NCBI GenBank assembly: GCA_016866475.1
Contig: VGMF01000003.1
Coordinates: 13,442 to 77,441, forward strand
DNA: 64,000 nt
Source: Chlamydiota bacterium
Lineage (GTDB): Bacteria; Chlamydiota; Chlamydiia; Chlamydiales; RGXB01
Direction: 5' to 3'
Below are positions 8,457-16,797 of the stretch, in pieces. The notes below the pieces were generated by a model. That model ran no database searches and was not told the DNA's origin. It saw only the letters and a list, made by a program, of their open reading frames with translations. The number at the start of each line of letters is the position of its first letter. Position 1 is the stretch's first letter. The position numbers and the translations under genes are program-made.

Positions 8457-9478
8457 AAAAGCTGAGTATAGGATAGAAGTCCCGATACATAGCTAGAACT
8501 GTTACGGCCTGCGACAGAAAACCAGACGCCCCCGATGAAACCACCCGAATCGCCAAAATTATATTCGATAGCAGGAGCTAAAGAAAAATTATCCGATGAA
8601 GGATAGCCAATTTGAAAAAGTCTTCCGGCCCCGCTCGTCCCCGGATACCCCCCGTACAAATATGCTTTACCCGACAGGGTATAGACAAAATCCAAAGCAA
8701 AAACCCATTTTTGTGTTAGCGACAACTCATAGCCAACGTCGAGATTGAATGTGGATCCGACCTTTACGGTGCAATTCGTATCGGTTCCCCCTCCGTAAGA
8801 ATTTAAGCCGTACACCCTGGCCTTGTCTGTTGGAATCTGCACGTTTGTTGCAAGCCTTAAACGCATAGGATGCACGGGAAACCACCACAGGGTCTTCCCC
8901 ATGTTGAGCCCCATGACACTCTTAAAAACACCTGACCCACTTGCATCCAAAGGAGATAACAGCCTGTCATAGGTCCCGGTTGGGATCACCTCAGTGTAAA
9001 GCAGCCGCACTGAGGGGATGTAAGGGGTTTCATTGACTAATTGAAATCCCAATACTATATTTAAATCATTGAATCCGCCCCCGCTATCACCCTGGAAAAA
9101 GTTGAAAGTTCCCTGAGGCACCAAGGTGAAATCGAGCCAATTTGTTATCCCTGCCTGAAACAACAGAAAAGGGTTTACAGAAAACTCACTCGGAGTGCTG
9201 ACGTATTTGCGGTTATTGTTATATATACCGTACGAGGTCTTGAATGTGAGGTAGGGCTGTAGGTTGATCCTACCCTTTTGAACATTCTTGGCCGAACCTG
9301 TGATCAAAGGACCGGTATACCATGGAATGAACATTTTTTCTGCTATTTCAAAATCCCTTTGAGCTTGATCGATCTCCTCTTGGATTTGCTGAGGGGATTT
9401 TACTGGTGCTGCCGGTAAAGAAACCGCGCTAGCAAGAAATAAACCTAGAATGAATGTCTTATAGAACATATTGCCCAA
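8453..9478 (-). CDS. putative outer-membrane beta-barrel protein / porin
   Basis: 341 aa. Signal peptide MGNMFYKTFILGLFLASAVSLPAAP. Gly/Tyr/Asn-rich amphipathic strands. C-terminal LLSYTQLF ending in Phe. Confidence 0.6.
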   Translation of the reverse strand: MGNMFYKTFILGLFLASAVSLPAAPVKSPQQIQEEIDQAQRDFEIAEKMFIPWYTGPLITGSAKNVQKGRINLQPYLTFKTSYGIYNNNRKYVSTPSEFSVNPFLLFQAGITNWLDFTLVPQGTFNFFQGDSGGGFNDLNIVLGFQLVNETPYIPSVRLLYTEVIPTGTYDRLLSPLDASGSGVFKSVMGLNMGKTLWWFPVHPMRLRLATNVQIPTDKARVYGLNSYGGGTDTNCTVKVGSTFNLDVGYELSLTQKWVFALDFVYTLSGKAYLYGGYPGTSGAGRLFQIGYPSSDNFSLAPAIEYNFGDSGGFIGGVWFSVAGRNSSSYVSGLLSYTQLF

Positions 9479-9529
9479 ATTTTTTTTCCATGATATTTAA
9501 AAATTAATTATCAAGAAAGAGAAAAATAA

Positions 9530-9844
9530 ATGGAAATTCAGCCCAATCAACCACAGCAGCCTACTTACAAACAAGAGTTTAAAGAAAGTGTAGATATTTT
9601 CGATAAAAGTCTTCAAGGGGCCGCCCAATCCAATTTTGAACCCCAAAAGCAGCAATATTACAAGGCCATGAAAGAATCTCTAGAAGCCATGCAGGATTCT
9701 GCAAACGGGATGGTGAATCAGCACCTATTGGATTTGAAACAAAAACTCGCAAAAGATACACAAGACTACATCCGGAATCCTTCCGATGAAAAACAAAAGC
9801 TTCTCGAGTCTGACATCAAACAAATCCGAAATTCTGCAGGCTAG
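9530..9844 (+). CDS. hypothetical small Gln/Lys/Glu-rich helical protein
   Basis: 104-aa ORF, no signal peptide, predicted all-helical by composition. Family not recognised. Confidence 0.4.
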   Translation: MEIQPNQPQQPTYKQEFKESVDIFDKSLQGAAQSNFEPQKQQYYKAMKESLEAMQDSANGMVNQHLLDLKQKLAKDTQDYIRNPSDEKQKLLESDIKQIRNSAG

Positions 9845-9919
9845 AGGGCCTTTTTTGCCATGCCAAACTCTAGAGTTGATGCTTTTGAATTCCTTTATCC
9901 CTAAAGCCTATAGCCATCT

Positions 9920-10921
9920 ATGAAAATTCTTATAGGTACAGATACCACGCCGGATCTTTTTTCGGGAGCTACCACCCAATTGAATGCTACAGTTGAAGGA
10001 CTCTTGAGCGCAGGCCATGAGATCCTGATTATCAGTCCTTCCGATTTTTATAGTTTTACCTCCAAAAAAATCCACGAAGGTTTTCATTTTGCTCTATGGC
10101 CTAAAAAAGAGTTAAAGAAAAAAATGTTAGAATTTAACCCCGATGCGATCCATATTTATACCGAGTGCAGGGTGGGCCTATACCTCCGCCATTTTTGTAA
10201 AAAACGGAAATTGAAATTCAGCACCTCTTACTTGACTCGCCTGGACGTTATTTTAGAAAAAAGGTTCAAAATACCGCCTTTTTTTATAAACAAATATATG
10301 AAGTGGTTTCATCAAGGGGATGCGACGATGACCGTCTCCAAAGGGATTCAAACCTATTTGTTGCATATTGGCTGTAGGCCACCGATAAAAATTTGGCACC
10401 CTGGAGTCCATACAGAACGGTTTCATTTTGATCCCAATAAAAGATTGAATCAAACGGACCCTGTATTTGTCTATTTTGGGCGCATAGACAAAGAAAAGAA
10501 CCTCGAGGCCTTTCTTGATCTGGATCTTACTGGAGAAAAATGGGTTATTGGCAGTGGCGGTGAGTTTGAGCATCTACGAGAAAAATATCAAAATAGATCC
10601 CGTTTTTTTGAAGTCCATTCGCAAAATGAAATTAACCACCTTTTACAAAAATGCGATGTTCTTGTTTTTCCCAGCCGTTTCGACACGTTCGGAATTGTAA
10701 TTGTAGAGGCTTTAGCCGCAGGCCTGCCATGTGCAGCTTTTCCGGAATATGGTCCAAAAGAAATTCTCACCCAGGGTATCTCAGGGTTCATGGATCAAGA
10801 CCTCAAAAAAGCGTGTCTTGAGGCTCTAAAGTTACAACCTCGTGATTGTCATTTAGAAGCAGAAAGATTTTCAATCTCTTCAAGCGTAAGAAAATTTTTA
10901 TCTAATTTGGTTCTTATCTAA
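9920..10921 (+). CDS. glycosyltransferase, GT4 (GT-B fold) family
   Basis: 333 aa. N-terminal MKILIGTD...GHEILIISP and a C-terminal donor-binding region (FPSRFDTFGIVIVEALAAGLPCAAF) typical of GT4 enzymes. Confidence 0.75.
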   Translation: MKILIGTDTTPDLFSGATTQLNATVEGLLSAGHEILIISPSDFYSFTSKKIHEGFHFALWPKKELKKKMLEFNPDAIHIYTECRVGLYLRHFCKKRKLKFSTSYLTRLDVILEKRFKIPPFFINKYMKWFHQGDATMTVSKGIQTYLLHIGCRPPIKIWHPGVHTERFHFDPNKRLNQTDPVFVYFGRIDKEKNLEAFLDLDLTGEKWVIGSGGEFEHLREKYQNRSRFFEVHSQNEINHLLQKCDVLVFPSRFDTFGIVIVEALAAGLPCAAFPEYGPKEILTQGISGFMDQDLKKACLEALKLQPRDCHLEAERFSISSSVRKFLSNLVLI

Positions 10922-10987
10922 AAAAGATCGAACGCATTTCTTTATTTTGCTACAATTGACCAATCTTTTTTTAAAACCGATCGTTTT

Positions 10988-12298
10988 ATGGCAACTGCAA
11001 CTTTTTTTCCGAAATTAAGTTTTCTATCCCTTTATGAGCCTAGGGATCCCCAAAAGCCACTCTTAAGCCGTTCTGTTGCAGAGGAGCCTGTTACACACGC
11101 ACCACCGGCTTTTCCAAGCAAATCCTTTTTTTTAACTCGAACATTTGCGCCGAGTTTTTTTTCCTTAAGGCTTCACCCTGCCTTTACTCAACAAAGCCAC
11201 GCCTCTTTTTTTTACCAATGGGCAGTCGCCATGACCTTTTGTGCAAGAAGGTATCATCTGCTTACACTCGATGCATTTTTGAAGCTGGATCGCGATCAAG
11301 AGCGCACGGTCTTTTTTAAAGCGCTTAAAAAGGTTGTCGGCTGCAACGCTTCCCTTCATCGAATCATCGGCCGGGATCTTTGCACATATCTTTCAAAAGG
11401 ATATCACGGACTTTCACAATCAAGATTTTCTTGTCTTCACCCCTCAATCAATCCCGAGTTTATCATTACACCCCTTATTGACTCGAAATTATCTTTGGAA
11501 AACCGTATCCCGTTTAAATTTCATTTGAAACAGCTTGGTGTAGAAAAAGGGAAGTTCGCTGATCTTCTATATCTCCCTTCAGCAGTTTGCCAGAGCTCCC
11601 AAAAACCTCCTTTCAAAATGGAAGTAGCTCTTTTGATGGAATATATCTACTACATTGTAAAAAAAGATCCTAAATTACTGGACGATGTAAAAAAAAGGGG
11701 CTTTTTAGTCCAAACGATCCTAGATCACCCGGAAATTGCGAGCTACTTGAAGAACCGAGGTCTGTATAATTTAGTAGTTTTAAACCAAATAGCAAATCAT
11801 CTGGAATCTTCACTTCTAGATTGGAACCAGTACTGCTACAAAATCCTCAAGGATTCGGGTTCTAATTTTTTTCAAAAAATTGAAGATTATGATTTTAATA
11901 AGCTTATAGAATCTATCCGGCATAAAATTCGGGATTTAAGGCTTAGCCCTCAATCCAAAGATATTATTGCTCTGGAAGAACTAAAAAAAATCTACGAACT
12001 CAATCTAAAAGACGATGATGACCGGGGCAGTTTGCAAATGGTCTTTTATCAATTTCACACAAAGGAACCCGACCCCCGCTTGATCGCTTGGATGGAAGGG
12101 AAAAGCCCCTTAAATGCTGAACATACCAACGTGATCCTGGAAGAATTGGATATTTATTTAGCCAATGTACCCACTCTCACACCTGAATTAAGAACGCTTG
12201 TACTACAAATGTTATGTAACTCTCTTTATGATTGGGATAAATTTGTCGCAAAGACTTTAAATATCGCTAACCTTGTCGCTTCCTTAGACCCTGTTTAA
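10988..12298 (+). CDS. hypothetical protein (436 aa, orphan)
   Basis: Long ORF with coding-like composition. No TM segment or signal peptide and no recognisable motif. Confidence 0.5.
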   Translation: MATATFFPKLSFLSLYEPRDPQKPLLSRSVAEEPVTHAPPAFPSKSFFLTRTFAPSFFSLRLHPAFTQQSHASFFYQWAVAMTFCARRYHLLTLDAFLKLDRDQERTVFFKALKKVVGCNASLHRIIGRDLCTYLSKGYHGLSQSRFSCLHPSINPEFIITPLIDSKLSLENRIPFKFHLKQLGVEKGKFADLLYLPSAVCQSSQKPPFKMEVALLMEYIYYIVKKDPKLLDDVKKRGFLVQTILDHPEIASYLKNRGLYNLVVLNQIANHLESSLLDWNQYCYKILKDSGSNFFQKIEDYDFNKLIESIRHKIRDLRLSPQSKDIIALEELKKIYELNLKDDDDRGSLQMVFYQFHTKEPDPRLIAWMEGKSPLNAEHTNVILEELDIYLANVPTLTPELRTLVLQMLCNSLYDWDKFVAKTLNIANLVASLDPV

Positions 12299-12311
12299 GA
12301 TTTATAAAATA

Positions 12312-12334
12312 AAGGAGGCCTTAAGGGCCTCCTT
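12312..12334. terminator. hairpin between convergent genes (AAGGAGGCC-ttaag-GGCCTCCTT)
   Basis: 9-bp GC-rich perfect stem. On the minus strand it is followed by TATTTTATAAA, so it fits best as the terminator of the 12375..12959 gene. It could also stop the plus-strand gene. Confidence 0.55.
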
Positions 12335-12374
12335 AGCGTTGTCATTACGGTCGACTCCTAAGGATCCCGGGAAT

Positions 12375-12959
12375 CTATTCTACTCTCGCTACAAGAATAT
12401 TTTCTTTATACCGCCCATCTAAACCCCCGTCAATAAATGTGATCGAATATTTGGGATTGATTTCTAAAATCTTTTGTTTGATCTGATCTAATGAGACATA
12501 ATCAAAAAGATAGCCGCCACATAGATCTAGATCATCGATCAAAATTGTGTGATTCTTAATAGAATGAAGTTTGATTTGTTCTAATTCAGCCATTAAAGGG
12601 GAGTTTTTGATCCACGGCATTTCCCGATTATCGTAGACATTATGTGCATCCAACCAAAAAGTTATCGGTTCGTTGTATTTTTCTATCAAACCTCTCAAGG
12701 CGTAGGCAGAATCTCCATGATAAATTTTTACACTTTTTAGCTTCGAGAATTTGCGTTTTGAAAAATCAAAAAAAGGGAAGTAATTATCTATGGAGACAAT
12801 CTCAGAAAAACCTGCCTCTATAGCCCGCATGATCCCCTCGCCCTTATACGTCCCGGTTTCTACAAACACACGATTTTTATATGGTTGGAAACCTTCCGGC
12901 CCGACAGCTGAATACAGAGAGGATAACACCAGGCAGCCCACTATTACGAAATAAGACAA
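12375..12959 (-). CDS. class I SAM-dependent methyltransferase-like protein with hydrophobic N-terminus
   Basis: 194 aa. VETGTYKGEG (E/DxGxxxG SAM motif I), then HGDS and WLDAH...ILIDD motifs resembling small polysaccharide-cluster methyltransferases. TTG start; the N-terminal 18 aa are hydrophobic. Confidence 0.55.
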   Translation of the reverse strand: MSYFVIVGCLVLSSLYSAVGPEGFQPYKNRVFVETGTYKGEGIMRAIEAGFSEIVSIDNYFPFFDFSKRKFSKLKSVKIYHGDSAYALRGLIEKYNEPITFWLDAHNVYDNREMPWIKNSPLMAELEQIKLHSIKNHTILIDDLDLCGGYLFDYVSLDQIKQKILEINPKYSITFIDGGLDGRYKENILVARVE

Positions 12960-13143
12960 ATCAAACCTCCAAACTCAAGATTGCGTTTTTAAGTGCATTA
13001 CTTAGAAAAAATAATGCAATAAGATGTTTTTATTTGTAATAGAAATTTTACTTTATTGCTTTGTATGAATACAGATAGTTTACTTTAAACTAAAAGTTTA
13101 TTGTTAAGAAAAGGAAGGAAAATTAGTTGGAAGAAAAAAAATT

Positions 13144-13225
13144 TGGGGAGGGTGGGACTCGAACCCACGGAGACCAAGGTCGACGGATTTACAGTCCATT
13201 GCAATTGCCACTATGCGACCTCCCC
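13144..13225 (-). tRNA. tRNA-Tyr (anticodon GTA), class II long variable arm
   Basis: Cloverleaf drawn by hand. Acceptor GGGGAGG/CCTCCCC, anticodon loop CTGTAAA, T-arm GTGGG-TTCGAGT-CCCAC, long variable arm. No encoded CCA. Confidence 0.88.
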
Positions 13226-13233
13226 GGAAAGTG

Positions 13234-13306
13234 TGCCGCCGAAAGGAATTGAACCCTCAACCATCCGATTACAAGTCGGGCGCTCTACCAATTGAGCTAC
13301 AGCGGC
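13234..13306 (-). tRNA. tRNA-Thr (anticodon TGT)
   Basis: 73 nt. Acceptor GCCGCTG/CGGCGGC, D-arm GCTC..GAGC, anticodon loop CTTGTAA, T-loop TTCAATT (T-stem has two G-U pairs). Confidence 0.85.
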
Positions 13307-13327
13307 AAAATATACCTATAAAGACTA

Positions 13328-13540
13328 TCACGAATCCGAATTTTCAGACAACCCTTTTTCTTTAAGATTCTTAGGTTTGGCTAAAGATTGGATTCTTCCC
13401 GCTATAGAGGCTATTTTGCTTTCCTGAACGATTACCTCAGCCTTGTACTTTTGCATCCCGGTCTTGAGTGCACAACATTTTTTAAATTTCAACCCCGAAC
13501 CGCATGGGCAGGGATCGTTCCGTCCGACTTTTTGATTCAT
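13328..13540 (-). CDS. SEC-C motif (zinc-binding) small protein
   Basis: 70 aa. N-terminal [17 protein letters not shown] is the SecA C-terminal-type metal-binding motif. The stop lies 21 nt upstream of tRNA-Thr on the same strand. Confidence 0.7.
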   Translation of the reverse strand: MNQKVGRNDPCPCGSGLKFKKCCALKTGMQKYKAEVIVQESKIASIAGRIQSLAKPKNLKEKGLSENSDS

Positions 13541-13676
13541 GCTTGCTATCTACTATATAAAAAAGTTATAATGATTCAAAATATTTTGTTTTTTTTCCCC
13601 GATTAAGGATAAATCAGGAAGCTTAAGATAAAATATATTAAAATTTTCTGTTAAGATTACAAATTTCAAGAGTTTA

Positions 13677-14471
13677 ATGCAACGGACGATTCCCACCCCC
13701 CCCTGGACACAAACAGGACGGCAGATTGAGAGCCTGGTACGAAAAGCTATTCTGAAATTCGATCTTTTTAAAAAAGATCAAAAAAAAATAGGGATAGCAC
13801 TTAGTGGGGGTAAAGACTCCATGACCCTTCTTTATATGTTAAAAGCGATTAGCGGACGGGGTATTCTCCCGTTTGAAATCGAAGCCTTTCACGTAAGCGG
13901 AGCTTTTTCCTGCGGAGCCTCTCTGGCCGAAAAAATTTTACAAAAGGCTTGCGATGAGATCGAAGTCCCCCTGCACATCCTCCAATCGACTCAGACATTA
14001 GAAACTCTTGAATGCTACAGCTGCTCCAGAGAAAGACGAAAGCTCCTTTTTACCAAAGCTTTGGAAAGGGGAATTTCCACATTAGCTTTTGGCCATCATA
14101 AAGAGGACAACGTAGAAACCCTTTTCATGAATCTTTTGCACACGGCCTCTTTTGAAGGGATGTTGGCTAAAGTCCCCATGTTACGCTACGGCGTTACGAT
14201 TATCCGCCCTCTGATTTTAGTTGATGAAGCCTCCATTTTGAATTTTTCAGAACAGTATGGATTCTTACGCGTCATGTGTCAGTGTCCGGTTGGGCAAAAA
14301 TCAAGGCGCAGAACGGTTAAGGAGATCCTTAAAGACCTATCCCAGGAGTTTCCCAACGCGATCAACAACTTGAGCGAGGCCTCTTTTAAATTCGGGACGT
14401 CAAAAGCCCTCTCCCCCGATCTCAATCAGCCCCTATCCCCCGTAGGGATGATATCTGAAAACCCCTTTTAA
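13677..14471 (+). CDS. ttcA: tRNA 2-thiocytidine(32) synthetase TtcA-like PP-loop ATPase
   Basis: 264 aa. PP-loop ALSGGKDSMTLL, CxxC CYSCSRERRKLLF, and a second Cys pair CQCP, as in TtcA/YdaO. Confidence 0.8.
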   Translation: MQRTIPTPPWTQTGRQIESLVRKAILKFDLFKKDQKKIGIALSGGKDSMTLLYMLKAISGRGILPFEIEAFHVSGAFSCGASLAEKILQKACDEIEVPLHILQSTQTLETLECYSCSRERRKLLFTKALERGISTLAFGHHKEDNVETLFMNLLHTASFEGMLAKVPMLRYGVTIIRPLILVDEASILNFSEQYGFLRVMCQCPVGQKSRRRTVKEILKDLSQEFPNAINNLSEASFKFGTSKALSPDLNQPLSPVGMISENPF

Positions 14472-14525
14472 ATTTTACCCTAAACAAATTCTACTGCCTT
14501 AAAAATTTTTGAATCCTTTAATATC

Positions 14526-15956
14526 TTGTCATCTATGGATCTATTTTCACTAGAAGTACTGGCTCTTGCTCTTTACCTGATTGCACTTTTTGCCGTTGCA
14601 ATTTTTGCCTATAAAAAGTCCCAAAATTCTGCCGACTTTATTATCGGGGGGAGAAAAATGCATTTCTTCGTTACCGCATTGGCGGCCCATGCAAGCGATA
14701 TGAGCAGCTGGATATTTTTAGGCTACCCTGCACAGGTGTACACCTATGGATTAAAGAGTTCCTGGGTAGCAATCGGGCTTATTTTTTTCATGTACCTGAA
14801 CTGGCAATTCATTGCCCAAAAACTCCGCCAGGAGACGGCCCGGTTTGAAAGCCTTACCCTGTTCTCTTTTTTTGAAAGCGTTTGCAAAGATACAACGGGA
14901 TTTACCAGAGTTCTAACGGGAATTATGTCTTTGGTTTTTTATTCCGTCTATATTTCTGCAGGCCTTATGGGTTTGGGGCTACTTTTACAAAATCTTGCCG
15001 CTATCCCCTACACTGTCGCAATCATTTTCGGAATGCTTATTGTGATACCCTTTCTTCTACTAGGCGGTTTTGTAACGCTTGCCTGGACCGATCTTGTCCA
15101 AGGTTTATTTTTGCTTTTTGTGATCATCTTGGTCCCCTTTTTGAGTTGGTTGCAGCTGTCGGCATCTGTCTCTATGGATACCATTTTTCAGGACCTATCG
15201 GGTTTTATCCCCACCACACCAGCGGGGGCTCTTGCCGCCTTTCTATTGATGGCAAGCTGGGGGCTAGGTTATTTTGGTCAGCCCCACATCCTCACCAAAT
15301 TCATGGGAATTAACGATCCGAAAGAGATTCCTAAATCGATGGCAGTCGGTATGACGTGGCAAACGATCACCCTTACTGCTGCAACTATGATTGGACTTGT
15401 AGGCGGCCTGACTTTTACAAACCTCTCCAATCCGGAACTTTTGTTCATAGAGCTGTCTAAAAAAACGCTCGAACCTTTCCTTCTGGGGCTTGTTCTGTCA
15501 GCTATCATTGGGGTCACCATCACCTCGATGGGTGCGCAAATCCTTGTTGTAATCTCTACTCTTGCCGAGGACTTTTACAAAAAGTTTTTTCACAAGGAAG
15601 CGACTAACAGACAAGTGCTTGTCGTTTCCAGAATTTCCACACTCTTTGTCGCTTTGATTGCGATCACAATAGCCTCCTTTAAACCCTCTTCCCTTTTTAA
15701 TCTTGTCTCTTATGCCTGGTTTGGACTGGGAGCGTCTTTTGGACCCCTTGTGATTGCCTGCCTGGTTAGAAAAAACCTGCACCGATATAGCGCATGGGCA
15801 GGGATACTTACTGGAGGTTTTGCGAGCGGAACTTTCCCCGCCTGTAATCTGCTGCTCAAAACCTCTATCCCACCCCTTATTCCCGGTTTTATTCTTAGCA
15901 TGCTTGCGATTACGTTAGCAGAATATTTAACAAAAAAAAAGCGACTTTGTCCCTAG
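14526..15956 (+). CDS. sodium:solute symporter family transporter (PutP/PanF-like)
   Basis: 476 aa, 12-13 TM segments. SSF-type motif GLGYFGQPHILTKFMG. TTG start at 14526; ATG at 14535 is an alternative. Confidence 0.8.
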   Translation: MSSMDLFSLEVLALALYLIALFAVAIFAYKKSQNSADFIIGGRKMHFFVTALAAHASDMSSWIFLGYPAQVYTYGLKSSWVAIGLIFFMYLNWQFIAQKLRQETARFESLTLFSFFESVCKDTTGFTRVLTGIMSLVFYSVYISAGLMGLGLLLQNLAAIPYTVAIIFGMLIVIPFLLLGGFVTLAWTDLVQGLFLLFVIILVPFLSWLQLSASVSMDTIFQDLSGFIPTTPAGALAAFLLMASWGLGYFGQPHILTKFMGINDPKEIPKSMAVGMTWQTITLTAATMIGLVGGLTFTNLSNPELLFIELSKKTLEPFLLGLVLSAIIGVTITSMGAQILVVISTLAEDFYKKFFHKEATNRQVLVVSRISTLFVALIAITIASFKPSSLFNLVSYAWFGLGASFGPLVIACLVRKNLHRYSAWAGILTGGFASGTFPACNLLLKTSIPPLIPGFILSMLAITLAEYLTKKKRLCP

Positions 15957-15969
15957 AGCAGCTTTAGTT

Positions 15970-16410
15970 TTATCGTCTAACGCGCATAGACTTCTTTTCA
16001 AAGCCTAAAAAGGGATCTATGCGCTGAAGTTTTCTATCATAGGCATCTAGGTGGTGAAGCCCCTCTTTTTGCATAGATTCTAAAATCTCTTTACAACCTT
16101 GAATTTCTTGGACTCTTTGGGTCTCTTCTTGCATTTTTTGTAAAAACACAAGACCTAAAGAAAAAACTTTATCGTAACCCTGCTGTCTTCTGCTTTTATC
16201 CGCATCACACAGGCAAACGATAAATTGATGAAACAAATTTTTAAGCTTTTCCTTTCTCTCTAAAAGTGTATCTTTACTTTCTACCTGTGCAAGCTCGTGG
16301 ACAATCTGTGACGCCACCCTATCCACTTTTAAAGCGTCTTTTTGCCAGTCCTGTTTAGTGCAGGAAAAAAAGGAGAGCAAAACAAATAAAAAATGAAAAA
16401 ACGATCGCAT
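15970..16410 (-). CDS. hypothetical secreted protein / lipoprotein, helical
   Basis: 146 aa. Signal-like N-terminus MRSFFHFLFVLLSFFSC with a near-lipobox Cys. The rest is charged and helical. Confidence 0.5.
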   Translation of the reverse strand: MRSFFHFLFVLLSFFSCTKQDWQKDALKVDRVASQIVHELAQVESKDTLLERKEKLKNLFHQFIVCLCDADKSRRQQGYDKVFSLGLVFLQKMQEETQRVQEIQGCKEILESMQKEGLHHLDAYDRKLQRIDPFLGFEKKSMRVRR

Positions 16411-16585
16411 AAAACACCAATTCAGAAAAATAGTCTAAAATGGGGTTTTTTGCAAAGTCTACTACGACACAAAATGGATATCTTAACCTATTCAAAATAA
16501 ATGAGATATAGGTGTCTTTAATGTGGAGCTTTAAGAGAGCTTTTTTGTTAAAATTTGTGGTCGCGTCTAAAAATGCGGTAAATCC

Positions 16586-16614
16586 TTGATTGTAATTCAC
16601 AAAGGTGCTACATT
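16586..16614 (+). promoter_or_regulatory. candidate sigma-70-type promoter for the tRNA-Val/tRNA-Asp(/yitT) transcript
   Basis: TTGATT-N17-TACATT, with the -10 element ending 17 nt before the tRNA-Val 5' end. Hexamer match by eye only. Confidence 0.3.
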
Positions 16615-16631
16615 ACTCACATTCCAAATGG

Positions 16632-16704
16632 GGGCACATAGCTCAGTTGGTAGAGCGCTTGCCTTACAAGCAAGTGGTCGTAGGTTCGAGTCCTGCTGTG
16701 CCCA
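16632..16704 (+). tRNA. tRNA-Val (anticodon TAC)
   Basis: 73 nt. Acceptor GGGCACA/TGTGCCC, D-arm GCTC-AGTTGGTA-GAGC, anticodon arm CTTGC-CTTACAA-GCAAG, T-loop TTCGAGT. Confidence 0.92.
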
Positions 16705-16715
16705 ATACCCATTAT

Positions 16716-16789
16716 GGGGGAGTAGTTCAATCGGTTAGAGCACTTGCCTGTCACGCAAGAAGTTGCGGGTTCGAGTCCCGTCTCTCCCG
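16716..16789 (+). tRNA. tRNA-Asp (anticodon GTC)
   Basis: 74 nt. Acceptor GGGGGAG/CTCTCCC, anticodon arm CTTGC-CTGTCAC-GCAAG, T-arm GCGGG-TTCGAGT-CCCGT, discriminator G. Confidence 0.92.
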
Positions 16790-16797
16790 TTATATTT

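Noticed and set aside
13101-13295. A 64-aa plus-strand ORF spanning the tRNA-Tyr/tRNA-Thr region.
   Set aside because: It overlaps two well-folding tRNA genes on the opposite strand, and its sequence is just the tRNA complement.
14882-15901. Several 60-143-aa ORFs in alternative frames or antisense within the sodium:solute symporter gene.
   Set aside because: They are nested entirely within a 476-aa ORF that carries clear SSF motifs. None has an independent signal.
16355-16600. An 81-aa minus-strand ORF upstream of, and overlapping, the lipoprotein-like gene.
   Set aside because: It overlaps the 15970..16410 gene start by 56 nt and covers the candidate tRNA promoter region. Its composition is AT-rich and low in complexity, and it has no ribosome-binding site. 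It is probably non-coding, although I cannot exclude a small membrane protein.
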